Positions 7,370 to 16,972 of a stretch of DNA of 64,000 bases are shown here, in pieces (the stretch's first letter is position 1; each line of letters begins with the position of its first letter). Made by a program: the position numbers and the translations under genes. The DNA is from a virus. The notes beneath the pieces are model-generated. The model was given only the letters and a program-made list of their open reading frames with translations. It searched no databases and was not told where the DNA came from. The stretch covers positions 1-64,000 of the IMG/VR virus record IMGVR_UViG_3300032236_000548. The stretch is one strand, 5' to 3'.

Positions 7370-7927
7370 ATGGAAGAAATAAAGACATGGATTACAAGTG
7401 ACTTGCACTTTGGGCATAAGAACATTATGACGTTCTGCCCAGAGACAAGAGCACGTTTTAGAAACGATGTAAACTACATGACTGAGGCAATGATTGAAGA
7501 ATGGAATGCCCGGGTTGGCACAGCTGACACAGTTTACATTTTGGGTGACGTAGCATTTATGAGCGGCTTCAATGCCTCTTTGGTAATGATGCGTTTGAAT
7601 GGTATTAAGATTTTGGTTGAAGGTAACCACGACCGTAAGACATTGATGGATGTAAATTTCCGCAATGCCTTTAAGGAAGTACACAAGTATTTGGATATTA
7701 ACTATAACGGCCACAAGGTTGTTATGTTCCACTATCCAATTGCCGAGTGGGACCAAATGCACAGAGGTGCGTTGCATTTTCATGGTCACTTGCACGGAGG
7801 TGTGAGCGGATTGGAAAAGTATCGCGCATTGGACGTGGGCATGGACTCAACTGGTGAGATTGTTATTTCATTGGATCGTGCTATCCGTATGATCAAGGAC
7901 AAAGAAATTAAGGGTCATCATGTTTAA
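7370..7927 (+). CDS. Calcineurin-like metallophosphoesterase
   Basis: SDLHFGH, LGD, GNHD, HYP, HGHLH. Confidence 0.9.
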   Translation: MEEIKTWITSDLHFGHKNIMTFCPETRARFRNDVNYMTEAMIEEWNARVGTADTVYILGDVAFMSGFNASLVMMRLNGIKILVEGNHDRKTLMDVNFRNAFKEVHKYLDINYNGHKVVMFHYPIAEWDQMHRGALHFHGHLHGGVSGLEKYRALDVGMDSTGEIVISLDRAIRMIKDKEIKGHHV

Positions 7928-8828
7928 GGACAAGTTGAAGGCATACGTAGAATCGTCTAACCTAGTTAACATGCGAAAGTGTGGCGACGGTATCTACGTG
8001 CTAAAGTACAAGAAGAAAGTGTTCTACGATTCGTTGTGGAACGAGTACATTGCCGAATGTCGTGGGTCCATTGTGGACAAGGATTTTAACCTAGTTACAT
8101 ATCCATTCACAAAGATCTATAACTATGGTATCGAAAAGGAAGCACCAGTACTAGACAAGGGTACTAAGGTTACAGCATTCCGTAAAGTTAACGGCTTTAT
8201 GGTTGCTATGACTGTACACCGCGGAGAATTGTTAGTGTCTACTACTGGTAGCACAGACAGCCCATATGTCGATCTAGCAAAGGAAATGATGGCAACACAC
8301 ATGCCTTTGATAGACTGGCACATGGCATTAGGTAACGCAGAATGTGAAGGTGTTACTTATATGTTCGAATGTGTGCATCCAAACGACCCACACATCATTC
8401 CAGAAAAGCCAGGAATGTATTTGTTAGGTTGGCGTGAAAACGTATGGGGTTCAAAGATCCTGCACGACCCATTTATCCTAATGGACTTTGCTCGTAATAC
8501 ACTTAACTGCTTTTGGGCAGAAAGTGTAACTACTAACATGGCACGTTTGGAACAATTGGCTAAGGAATGTAAGCACGAAGGTTATGTATTCTATACAGAT
8601 GAAGGTGTGAGTGCCAAAATCAAATCGCCATACTATTTGACTTCAAAATGGGTTGCTCGCAATCCACGTACAGACAAATTGGTTGATTTGAACAAGGACA
8701 TTAAGCACAATTTGGACGAAGAGTACTATCCTTTGGTTGACGCTATACGTGAAAATATAGTACAATACACTAAGATGGACGAGCAAGCTCGTTTGGCTTG
8801 GGTACGTAACTATATGGAGGCGTTATGA
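7920..8828 (+). CDS. RNA ligase (T4 Rnl1-like)
   Basis: ECRG, PFTKIYNYG, motif I KVNG, FE, EGYV, KIKSPYY. Confidence 0.8.
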   Translation: MFKDKLKAYVESSNLVNMRKCGDGIYVLKYKKKVFYDSLWNEYIAECRGSIVDKDFNLVTYPFTKIYNYGIEKEAPVLDKGTKVTAFRKVNGFMVAMTVHRGELLVSTTGSTDSPYVDLAKEMMATHMPLIDWHMALGNAECEGVTYMFECVHPNDPHIIPEKPGMYLLGWRENVWGSKILHDPFILMDFARNTLNCFWAESVTTNMARLEQLAKECKHEGYVFYTDEGVSAKIKSPYYLTSKWVARNPRTDKLVDLNKDIKHNLDEEYYPLVDAIRENIVQYTKMDEQARLAWVRNYMEAL

Positions 8829-9058
8829 GATGCGAAGATGAAAGTCATTTGCCCGTAGCAGAACAGAGCCTTGTGTTCCGACTGTACAAACGAGCAGAGA
8901 TACGTAGGCAAATTCCAGGTAGGTTAGCAGTTACGGAGGGCAAGCCCGACAAGATTGCTAACCTTCTAGAAGAAGCCGCAATGGAAATTCAAATGCTACG
9001 GGCAACCATAGCAGAATTAGGCAAACATACAAAAGGAAGAGATGGGTTTCAACCATGA
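8825..9058 (+). CDS. Hypothetical protein
   Basis: GGAGG RBS, ATGA coupling. Confidence 0.6.
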   Translation: MRCEDESHLPVAEQSLVFRLYKRAEIRRQIPGRLAVTEGKPDKIANLLEEAAMEIQMLRATIAELGKHTKGRDGFQP

Positions 9059-9513
9059 AGTGTTATCAATTAATTGGAGTACCAGGCGCTGGCAAATCTA
9101 CTTGGATTAAAAACCAAGTATGGGCTAAAGACATGCCTGTTATTTCTACAGATAATTTTGTAGAAGCTTATGCCAAAGAGCAAGGCAAGACTTACTCTGA
9201 AGTGTTTAAAGACTACATGCCTATCGCTGTTCGTTTGATGGCTAACCAAGCGTTGATTTGTCAAGCAAACAAACTGGACGTAATTTGGGATCAAACTAGT
9301 ACTACCATTGCAAGTCGTAAGCGTAAGTTTAACACCTTGCCAGACTACGAACATATTGCTGTTGTATTCCGCACACCAGATCGTGATGAGTTGGATGTTC
9401 GATTGTCCGGTCGGCCAGGTAAGCATATTCCAAAGAAAGTTATCGACGACATGATTGCAAACTGGGATGAGCCAACTGAAGACGAAGGCTTTAAGGAGAT
9501 TTGGTATGTTTAA
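9055..9513 (+). CDS. P-loop polynucleotide kinase-like (AAA_33)
   Basis: GVPGAGKSTW, ISTD, WDQT..R as in the T4 Pnk kinase domain. Confidence 0.8.
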   Translation: MKCYQLIGVPGAGKSTWIKNQVWAKDMPVISTDNFVEAYAKEQGKTYSEVFKDYMPIAVRLMANQALICQANKLDVIWDQTSTTIASRKRKFNTLPDYEHIAVVFRTPDRDELDVRLSGRPGKHIPKKVIDDMIANWDEPTEDEGFKEIWYV

Positions 9514-10090
9514 CGTAAGGGCCTTGTTGCCCTTACTACTAGTATTATCTTTCAATGCGTTTGGATTTGAAATCTATGCGCTAGGTACTAGTAATACTAA
9601 CTGCAAGAATGCAGGGCAAACATACACTAAAACTCTTAACGAGCTTTTTAAACAAGAAGGTATAGATGCTACAGTCATCAACGGCGGTGTCGACGGCGAT
9701 AGGCCAGTATGGATGATGAATCGCTTAACATCAAATGTTAACAACAATACAAAAATTGTAATATTTGAACCCGGCCCTAATGATCGTAATAAAACATCTA
9801 ATGTAGAAGAGTCTGAGAAGATACTAAGCTATTTGAAACAACATAATATGCCAACTGTATTTGTTTCAAATAGTATTATTTGGTCTAAAGAAGAAGCAGA
9901 CCAAATGGCCGCAAAGTATAATGCATACTACTACGGACATTGGGCCAAAAATATTCCCAAAGATACAACACACCGACAATTTGATATTGGCTCCGAGGGC
10001 GGCCACGCTACTTCGGAAGGTTGTAAACTTTGGGCTACTTACATGTTCCCATTACTTAAACAAGTAATGAAGGAACAGAATATTCATTAA
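9506..10090 (+). CDS. Exported SGNH/GDSL-like hydrolase
   Basis: Signal peptide; LGTSNT, NGGVDGD, EPGPND, GGHAT blocks. Confidence 0.6.
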   Translation: MFNVRALLPLLLVLSFNAFGFEIYALGTSNTNCKNAGQTYTKTLNELFKQEGIDATVINGGVDGDRPVWMMNRLTSNVNNNTKIVIFEPGPNDRNKTSNVEESEKILSYLKQHNMPTVFVSNSIIWSKEEADQMAAKYNAYYYGHWAKNIPKDTTHRQFDIGSEGGHATSEGCKLWATYMFPLLKQVMKEQNIH

Positions 10091-10503
10091 TCTATTAGCA
10101 ATCCACCGGGTAAGACTTTACTACCGTATTCTACTGTCTTACCTGGAATTGTTTTAGATATTAAGTTTCTAGGTTCATCTGGATCTTCGTTCCATTCAAT
10201 AATCATTGTCTGCGCCGTAGTAACTAAAAACTTCCATCTCTTGGTGTAAATTTCGGGATCTCTTTCTTTAAGAGAGTTACGATAATTTAAAAATGCTTGA
10301 GCATCGCGGAATGTTACTGTAAGCATTCTAATTAAACCGTCTTCACTAACTACGCTAGTTGGCTCAACTTCTGGGTGAAATAGATCAACGCGGCTGTTGC
10401 TTCGTACATCACGATAAGTATCTACTTCTTCGCCACCCGAATCGTGCCACCATGGTGTTTGGGTATCAGGGCGTATAAAAGTTATATATTGATAAAATGC
10501 CAT
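10087..10503 (-). CDS. Hypothetical protein
   Basis: GGAG RBS and TAAATA upstream on the minus strand. Confidence 0.65.
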   Translation of the reverse strand: MAFYQYITFIRPDTQTPWWHDSGGEEVDTYRDVRSNSRVDLFHPEVEPTSVVSEDGLIRMLTVTFRDAQAFLNYRNSLKERDPEIYTKRWKFLVTTAQTMIIEWNEDPDEPRNLISKTIPGKTVEYGSKVLPGGLLID

Positions 10504-10553
10504 TGCAAATCTCCGTTTTTTATATTTAGCCTTAGCTAAGGTGTAAATATGCT

Positions 10554-11063
10554 ATGATTAGAAAACATGCGTATTTTTCAGAGTTTGCTAGTATAATAGA
10601 CGAGTGCAAAATATTACTTAATACTGTACCTTTTCAAAACAATATCAATCAGTTAGCCCTGCAAGTAAGCGATCCTGCTATAGAAGATTGGTATGAATCT
10701 TGTGGAAGAGTACATAAAGTAGGGATTACACTATCTGAAGAAAATTACAAATATATTAACCCGCCCTTAAAAGGCAGTGCTATAGAAGCATGGTTAAACT
10801 CTTTAGAAGTTCCAGTGTTCAGGGCACGACTGATGCTAATACCAGGCAGAACATGCTACAGCGTACATAAAGACGCACAGCCCAGAATACATCTCCCTGT
10901 AGTTACAAACGACCAGAACTATATGTGCTTTCCTGATTTAGGAATTATGGAGTATTTGCCAGCTACCGGAGACAGCTATTGGGTTGATACTATACAGCGC
11001 CATACCTTTGTTAATTGTTCGGCTCAGGATCGCATACATCTAGTAGCTTGTGTTGATAATTAA
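10554..11063 (+). CDS. Aspartyl/asparaginyl beta-hydroxylase-like 2OG/cupin protein
   Basis: RARLM..YSVHKD..RIHLP..HTFVNC..DRIHLV. Confidence 0.75.
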   Translation: MIRKHAYFSEFASIIDECKILLNTVPFQNNINQLALQVSDPAIEDWYESCGRVHKVGITLSEENYKYINPPLKGSAIEAWLNSLEVPVFRARLMLIPGRTCYSVHKDAQPRIHLPVVTNDQNYMCFPDLGIMEYLPATGDSYWVDTIQRHTFVNCSAQDRIHLVACVDN

Positions 11064-11078
11064 ATGTAAGGAGACTGT

Positions 11079-11336
11079 ATGTTTAACATAAAAACTAAAT
11101 TTGAAGAACGAATTCCACGTTCTGTTGCTAAGGTAATTACTTGGCGTATTCTAGTAACAATTACTAACTTTTTCGGCGGCTGGATTGCCAGCGGTAATCC
11201 GTGGGTTGGCTTAGGCGTTGTTAGTTTTGCTCTAGTAGTTAATAGCATAATTTACTTCTTCCACGAACGTGCTTGGAATTCAAGTGACTGGGGTAAAGAA
11301 ATAACCGAAATTGAAGGTTCCCAAACAGCTAAATAA
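11079..11336 (+). CDS. DUF2061-like small membrane protein
   Basis: RSVAKVITWR..YFFHERAW. Confidence 0.75.
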   Translation: MFNIKTKFEERIPRSVAKVITWRILVTITNFFGGWIASGNPWVGLGVVSFALVVNSIIYFFHERAWNSSDWGKEITEIEGSQTAK

Positions 11337-11389
11337 ATGGTAGGAGTCATGACCTACATAAATTTAACGTTAAAAATTGGAGATTCCAA

Positions 11390-12334
11390 ATGAATAAAAA
11401 ACATGTAAAATGGGTACTAGCACACGAACCAATCGAATTGTTTATTCGTGCCGCTAAAGTATTTGCTGACGAAGTAAATGCTCGCGCACCAGAACAGTTA
11501 GAAATCGAAGTTATGACTATGAGCGAATACGCTGAAAAGTATAACAACGGTGTTGTAGTTGATAAGCATAGTTTAGTAGATTTACTAGATTCAGGCGCAA
11601 TTCAAATGAGCCAAACTTATACAATTACATTAGGTAAGATCAATAAAGACTTCTATGCTTTAGATTTACCATTCTTGTTCAAAGACCATGATCACGCAAG
11701 CCGTGTATTTGAAGGCGAAGTTGGCGCTAGTTTGTTAGACAGCTTACAAGAGTCAAAGAAAGTAAAAGGATTGGCATTCACATATAGTGGTGGATTCCGT
11801 ATTATCCCTGGTAACGAAACAGTTGCTAAGATTGAAGACTTACGCGGTATGAAGATGCGTACAAGTTTCAGCCCAGTAGCTATTGAAACATTCAAGACAC
11901 TAGGTGCTGATGTAGTTCCAATGGAACTAGAAGAATTATCAGACAATCTAGGTTCAGCTAATGTTGCAGTTGGCGAAAGCACATATCCACGTGTTTATGC
12001 TTTAGGACATGATAAAGTTTCTAAAGTTATCAATCACACAGAGCATAGCTTGTTCCTAACAAGTATCTTAATTGGTACTGACTTCTGGAATACACTAAGC
12101 CCAGAACTACAAACTGTAGTTGCTGAGAGTGCCAAGACAGCCGCACGTCATGAGCGTACACTAAGCATCGAAGACATTGCTCTAGTACAAGCTCGTGCAG
12201 AAGCAGATGGTATCGAAGTTGTTAAGATGAGTGCTGAAGAGCAAGCTCGTTTTGCAGAAGCTACTAAAGTTGTTTACTCTAAATTTGAAGATTACTTTAC
12301 TCCAGGTTTAGTAGAACAAATCAAATCAAAATAA
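11390..12334 (+). CDS. dctP: TRAP transporter substrate-binding protein (DctP-like), no signal peptide
   Basis: LDLPFLFKD, GGFR, DLRGMKMR, FKTLGA..PM, FWNTLSPELQ. Confidence 0.85.
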   Translation: MNKKHVKWVLAHEPIELFIRAAKVFADEVNARAPEQLEIEVMTMSEYAEKYNNGVVVDKHSLVDLLDSGAIQMSQTYTITLGKINKDFYALDLPFLFKDHDHASRVFEGEVGASLLDSLQESKKVKGLAFTYSGGFRIIPGNETVAKIEDLRGMKMRTSFSPVAIETFKTLGADVVPMELEELSDNLGSANVAVGESTYPRVYALGHDKVSKVINHTEHSLFLTSILIGTDFWNTLSPELQTVVAESAKTAARHERTLSIEDIALVQARAEADGIEVVKMSAEEQARFAEATKVVYSKFEDYFTPGLVEQIKSK

Positions 12335-12347
12335 TTTTTGATTAATT

Positions 12348-12376
12348 AAAAAAGGACCTTTGGGTCCTTTTTTTTT
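12348..12376 (+). terminator. Intrinsic terminator (possibly bidirectional)
   Basis: AAAAAAGGACC-TTTG-GGTCC-T9. Confidence 0.85.
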
Positions 12377-12422
12377 GGTGGTACACAGCATAGTGTAAAT
12401 ACACTTACATTTAAGGACCAGC

Positions 12423-13688
12423 ATGAACATCGGTGTACTATCCTCTGTATCTAGTTATCATCATTTGGCACAACTGTTTACAAACACTCCCGGAGTAGAC
12501 AACGTATTTCATTTTGGCGCAAATAAGGCTTTGTCCGAGACAGACATTTATCACCCACGCCCGATTGAAGTTCCAATGGAAGAACTTACGGACCATATGT
12601 CTAATAAAATTTCCTCATTACTTAAGACTGAAAAAATAGACTTCTTGCTAGCATCAGGAGTGCCTGTCGCATACAGTAGCGTTATACACAACAGTTTGAA
12701 AGAATCTAACATACCGTACTTCTTTCCATCAAAGGAACTAGTAAGATTGGAAGTAAACAAAAACGTCACAAAGGCTATGTTAAACAAAATTGGTATACCA
12801 AATAGTCCAGGAGAAATCTACGACGGAAGACAGTTATTTGCAAAATTTAAAAGTCTCCCAAGACCGTTTGTAGTAAAACTCAACTATGTATACCAGTACG
12901 GAAGACAAACATATATTGTCAACGATGAAAACTACGAAGAAGTATTTTTAGATTTATTCAGTGATAGGGCTGGGCTTGTACCACGGATAACAAATATTAA
13001 TAACGATACAAACATTACAGTTGAGAAATTTGTTAACCTTAAAAGAGAATACTCATATCATCTAGTAGCAAATGCTACTGGTTGGCAATACTTAGGGTCT
13101 GCCAGAGATTATAAAAAACTTGATGATGGAGATGTTGGATTCAATAGTGTAAGCATGGGTGCGTATAACGTAGACGACATAGATCCTCGAGTACACGAAT
13201 ACGCAGATAAAATTATCAATTATTTAAAAAACTACGGATATCCTTACAAAGGATTTATGTTTATAGGAATTGGCATAGACGAAGATGATGTGCCGATAGT
13301 TTTAGAAATAAACACAAGAAGTGGAGATCCCGAACTACAAGTAATTTTAGGATCTATAGAAAACAATCTTGCTGATTTATTTCTAGCGTGTAGCACTGAT
13401 GCTCGCATTCCAGATATTGTGCATAACAATAAAAAATCAGTAACTGTAAGATTAGTAAACACACATTATGATTGGAAGTGGCCTGCGTCCTTTTTACCTA
13501 AATTAAATCCGTGCCCTGATAATATCATCTGCGGATTAGAAGGAACAGAACGTTTTTATATTAAACATTCTGTAGTTACTACAAGCGATACTACACACGA
13601 GCAAGCAAGCAAGACCCTATACGACTACTTAGATAAGCAACAAGTAGGTCAGTATAGATATAGAAGAGATATAGGATTATTAAAATGA
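12423..13688 (+). CDS. ATP-grasp ligase, divergent PurD (GAR synthetase)-like
   Basis: LE.NK..K..IP, PFVVK, RDYKKL.DGD.G.N..MGAY, LEINTRSGDPE, YRRDIG. Confidence 0.75.
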   Translation: MNIGVLSSVSSYHHLAQLFTNTPGVDNVFHFGANKALSETDIYHPRPIEVPMEELTDHMSNKISSLLKTEKIDFLLASGVPVAYSSVIHNSLKESNIPYFFPSKELVRLEVNKNVTKAMLNKIGIPNSPGEIYDGRQLFAKFKSLPRPFVVKLNYVYQYGRQTYIVNDENYEEVFLDLFSDRAGLVPRITNINNDTNITVEKFVNLKREYSYHLVANATGWQYLGSARDYKKLDDGDVGFNSVSMGAYNVDDIDPRVHEYADKIINYLKNYGYPYKGFMFIGIGIDEDDVPIVLEINTRSGDPELQVILGSIENNLADLFLACSTDARIPDIVHNNKKSVTVRLVNTHYDWKWPASFLPKLNPCPDNIICGLEGTERFYIKHSVVTTSDTTHEQASKTLYDYLDKQQVGQYRYRRDIGLLK

Positions 13689-14941
13689 TTGACGATTTAG
13701 GATACTATACAGTAGGCACAGAAAAGTTCTACGAAAAAATTCCTGCAATGTTTAAGGCACAGCAATTAAAACAAGAGATGCACTGGAATTTTAATGATAA
13801 AGAATTTTCGGCAATGGATTGGACTAAAGAACCTACTCAAAGTTTAGATGAGTTTTATGCTATTCGAGCAAGACAAATTCGAGAAGAATACGATTATGTA
13901 TTGTTGTTTTGTAGTGGCGGTGCAGATAGTACTAATATGTTCTATGCATTTGTAAACAACGGTCTGCATGTCGACGAAGTAGTAGGTAGTGCTCCATTAG
14001 AAGGTCTTAGAGATTGGAAATCAGATGCAACTAATCAAGACGTAACAAACACCATCGACGAAACATTCCATACACAAATTCCTTGGCTTGAAAAAATTAG
14101 AGTAGAGTATCCACAAATTAAAGTAACCCTCCATGATTACTTTGAAGACATGCTAGACTATAAAGCCGATGACTGGTTAATAAAAGGTAACGATTGGATG
14201 CATCCTACTATGGCAGGTAGATACAACCTAGACAAGTATTTGCATTTAAAACGTATTGCCGAATCGGGAAAAAGAATTGCTATTGTACAAGGTATTGATA
14301 AACCAAAAATTGCTAGATACAAAAATCAATTTGTTATCTTATTTGCCGACAACGTGTATAATAACAAATACGACTCTGTGAAGCATCCTAATACAAACCC
14401 AGTATTCTTTTATCATAGCCCACAGCTTCCAGAGATGATTGTAAAACAAGCGCACGTCACTGCTAGGTTTTTAATGCGCCCAGAAAATATAGAAATATAC
14501 AATGCCATGGTGCAAAACGATGAACGTTTTTTAAAACAACCTTTATCTGAATTGATGAACCCTCCAAACTATAGTGTATACGAACGTGGCATTGTTCCAG
14601 TAATATACCCAGCATTGAAAAAGTATTCGTTTCAGGCAGGTAAGCCAGATCGTATGTTTTTAGGAAAACATGATGCGTGGTTTTATAACCACCACTCAGG
14701 AACTAAGATATGGGAAATGATGCAAAGTGATTTATACAACCTTATAAAATCACTAGATCCAAAGTTTTTAAACTTTCATAAATTTAGAGGGCTATTAGGT
14801 TTTAGAACTTGGCGTAAGTATTACATACTTGGCCCAGTATCAAACTTTATACCTCAGGGTGAAGTTATTTTATCAGATGCTAAAGTATTAGACGATACAG
14901 CAAAAGCAGATTTAATCAAACAGATGGATGCAGAAGGTTAA
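13685..14941 (+). CDS. PP-loop adenine-nucleotide alpha-hydrolase (asparagine-synthetase-like), long type
   Basis: SGGADS; DWT.EP..YA.RA.Q.R..YDY block shared with the next gene. Confidence 0.65.
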   Translation: MIDDLGYYTVGTEKFYEKIPAMFKAQQLKQEMHWNFNDKEFSAMDWTKEPTQSLDEFYAIRARQIREEYDYVLLFCSGGADSTNMFYAFVNNGLHVDEVVGSAPLEGLRDWKSDATNQDVTNTIDETFHTQIPWLEKIRVEYPQIKVTLHDYFEDMLDYKADDWLIKGNDWMHPTMAGRYNLDKYLHLKRIAESGKRIAIVQGIDKPKIARYKNQFVILFADNVYNNKYDSVKHPNTNPVFFYHSPQLPEMIVKQAHVTARFLMRPENIEIYNAMVQNDERFLKQPLSELMNPPNYSVYERGIVPVIYPALKKYSFQAGKPDRMFLGKHDAWFYNHHSGTKIWEMMQSDLYNLIKSLDPKFLNFHKFRGLLGFRTWRKYYILGPVSNFIPQGEVILSDAKVLDDTAKADLIKQMDAEG

Positions 14942-14943
14942 CA

Positions 14944-16161
14944 ATGTTTTTTGACGACGATTTAGAATTTACTAAACACGGATACTATCAGGTTGACGGA
15001 ATAAAAACTCTAAGCAAATTTGAAGCATTTAAATTTGCTGGTAATGATATGAGTAAAATTCAGTTTATATACAACGAAGATGTAATGTCACAGCAAGACT
15101 GGACTACAGAACCTTCGGAAGACATTTACGAACTATATGCTGAACGTGCTAGACAACTACGTCATAAGTACGACTACCTAGTATTGTTATACAGTGGAGG
15201 TATCGATAGTCATACAGTACTAAAATCTTTCCTGGACAACGATGTTCATTTAGATGAAATTTGTACCTTTACAAATGCAAAAATAGAAGCTAAGACTGGA
15301 AAGTTTAATCAAGAAGTTTTTAATGCCGCAGTACCATTTGTCAATACATTAGATCTTAATAAACTAAGAACTAAATTTAGATTGTTTGATATTAGCGATT
15401 TAATTATTAATCAATTCCAGGACGAGTTTCACTTTGAACATCATCATTTGTACAATCAAGGACCTGGTAACAATTGGAGTAGTGCAGTACGCTCGCATGT
15501 ATTAAAATCTAAAATACAAGATCATTTAACACTAACAGAGCAAGGAAAGAGTGTTTGCTATATCTGGGGTTTTGACAAACCATTCCTAATGTTTGAAAAG
15601 AACAAGTACTCTATACACTTTGTAGATAATGCTATCGATTTAAACATGCGTCAGTTTATCAATAGAAAAACACTTGTAAGTAAGTTTGCAAACTTCTACG
15701 ATGAGCCGTTTTATACTTGTAGAGAATTTCCTAAGATAGTAATTAAACAAGGACACCTATTGTTTAACTTGATTAAGACTATGGATAAAACTGACTTGAG
15801 ATTAAAATCACAAGATGAGATACCAACTACTGGTCCGTTCGTTATACATCATAGAGAAAAATACTATAGATTCTTGCCTAAGAAAATGGTAGACGGTACA
15901 ATCTATCCAAGAGCAAACTTGCTACAATTTGGAGATGACAAGACCAAAGGCAGTATTATTTTATCTGGAAAGGATAATTGGTTCAATCATTCTAATCACG
16001 ATAACCAGCGCCGATGGTATCAAAACTTAGATAATCTAATAAAACAAAATCAAGGGTTGTATCATTTTAAAAACAATAAAGTAATTGCTATTAACGGCAT
16101 ACGAAGTAAGCCTTACTTAATAGGCGAATACAATATGGTTAATTATGATAACCAAGAATAA
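14944..16161 (+). CDS. PP-loop protein, long type (paralog)
   Basis: YSGGIDS; G.DKP and KQ.H shared with 13685. Confidence 0.65.
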   Translation: MFFDDDLEFTKHGYYQVDGIKTLSKFEAFKFAGNDMSKIQFIYNEDVMSQQDWTTEPSEDIYELYAERARQLRHKYDYLVLLYSGGIDSHTVLKSFLDNDVHLDEICTFTNAKIEAKTGKFNQEVFNAAVPFVNTLDLNKLRTKFRLFDISDLIINQFQDEFHFEHHHLYNQGPGNNWSSAVRSHVLKSKIQDHLTLTEQGKSVCYIWGFDKPFLMFEKNKYSIHFVDNAIDLNMRQFINRKTLVSKFANFYDEPFYTCREFPKIVIKQGHLLFNLIKTMDKTDLRLKSQDEIPTTGPFVIHHREKYYRFLPKKMVDGTIYPRANLLQFGDDKTKGSIILSGKDNWFNHSNHDNQRRWYQNLDNLIKQNQGLYHFKNNKVIAINGIRSKPYLIGEYNMVNYDNQE

Positions 16162-16972
16162 CTGGATACAGTCTACTACATTAAATCTGCGTGACAGCAA
16201 TCCTATTGCTGATTTTATATTGACTATAAATTTATATCCATTTAAAAAAATAGACTTCGATTCTGCTGTTGAAATAACTGTTAAAGAAATAGGTCATAAT
16301 TATTCAAATTTATATTTGGCGCTTAGTGGAGGGTATGACTCCGAATTCTTATTGCGATCATTTCATAAATTTAATGTAGATGTAACACCTATTATTGTTT
16401 GCTACAACAATGATGCAGAAACAAAATATGCATTTGAAGTTTGCGATGAGTTGAATATAACGCCTGTAAAGATTGTGCTAACTGACGATCAGTTTTTAAC
16501 ATATTTGAATGAAAAAATATCTAAGAAATTTAACGGCTCAGGATATAATTTTACCCATGTGCTGTTTGCGGCAGATTATTCTAGACAGCATAACGGCACA
16601 CTGTTGACTGGGAATCATCTAATCGGTGATAGCACTGATATAATAACCGATGACAATTTTGCCAGCTTAAACGAATGGGATTTTTACTTAGATCATACCC
16701 ACCCAGATTTGAATCATATTGATGTATTCTTATACACACTAGAATTAGCTTGTTCTATGCTTCCTGCTGATAACGGATTGACCTGGCAAGAATATAAACA
16801 CAAATTATTTAATGTGAAACAGAGAGATAAAGCAAGGCCCACATATTCTACTGAGGTAATTTCGCAAATCAAATCAATACTTGGTGCGAAAGAAGATTAC
16901 AAACACGTACAAGTGCATGAATGGACCCGTGCAGAATTTAATAAAACCTTTAAAGAGTTTCTTACAACATGA
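16145..16972 (+). CDS. PP-loop protein, short type
   Basis: LYLALSGGYDSE. Confidence 0.6.
   Translation: MITKNNWIQSTTLNLRDSNPIADFILTINLYPFKKIDFDSAVEITVKEIGHNYSNLYLALSGGYDSEFLLRSFHKFNVDVTPIIVCYNNDAETKYAFEVCDELNITPVKIVLTDDQFLTYLNEKISKKFNGSGYNFTHVLFAADYSRQHNGTLLTGNHLIGDSTDIITDDNFASLNEWDFYLDHTHPDLNHIDVFLYTLELACSMLPADNGLTWQEYKHKLFNVKQRDKARPTYSTEVISQIKSILGAKEDYKHVQVHEWTRAEFNKTFKEFLTT

Noticed and set aside
12423-13688. Assigning the symbol purD
   Set aside because: Substrate-binding motifs are altered and no pur context is present
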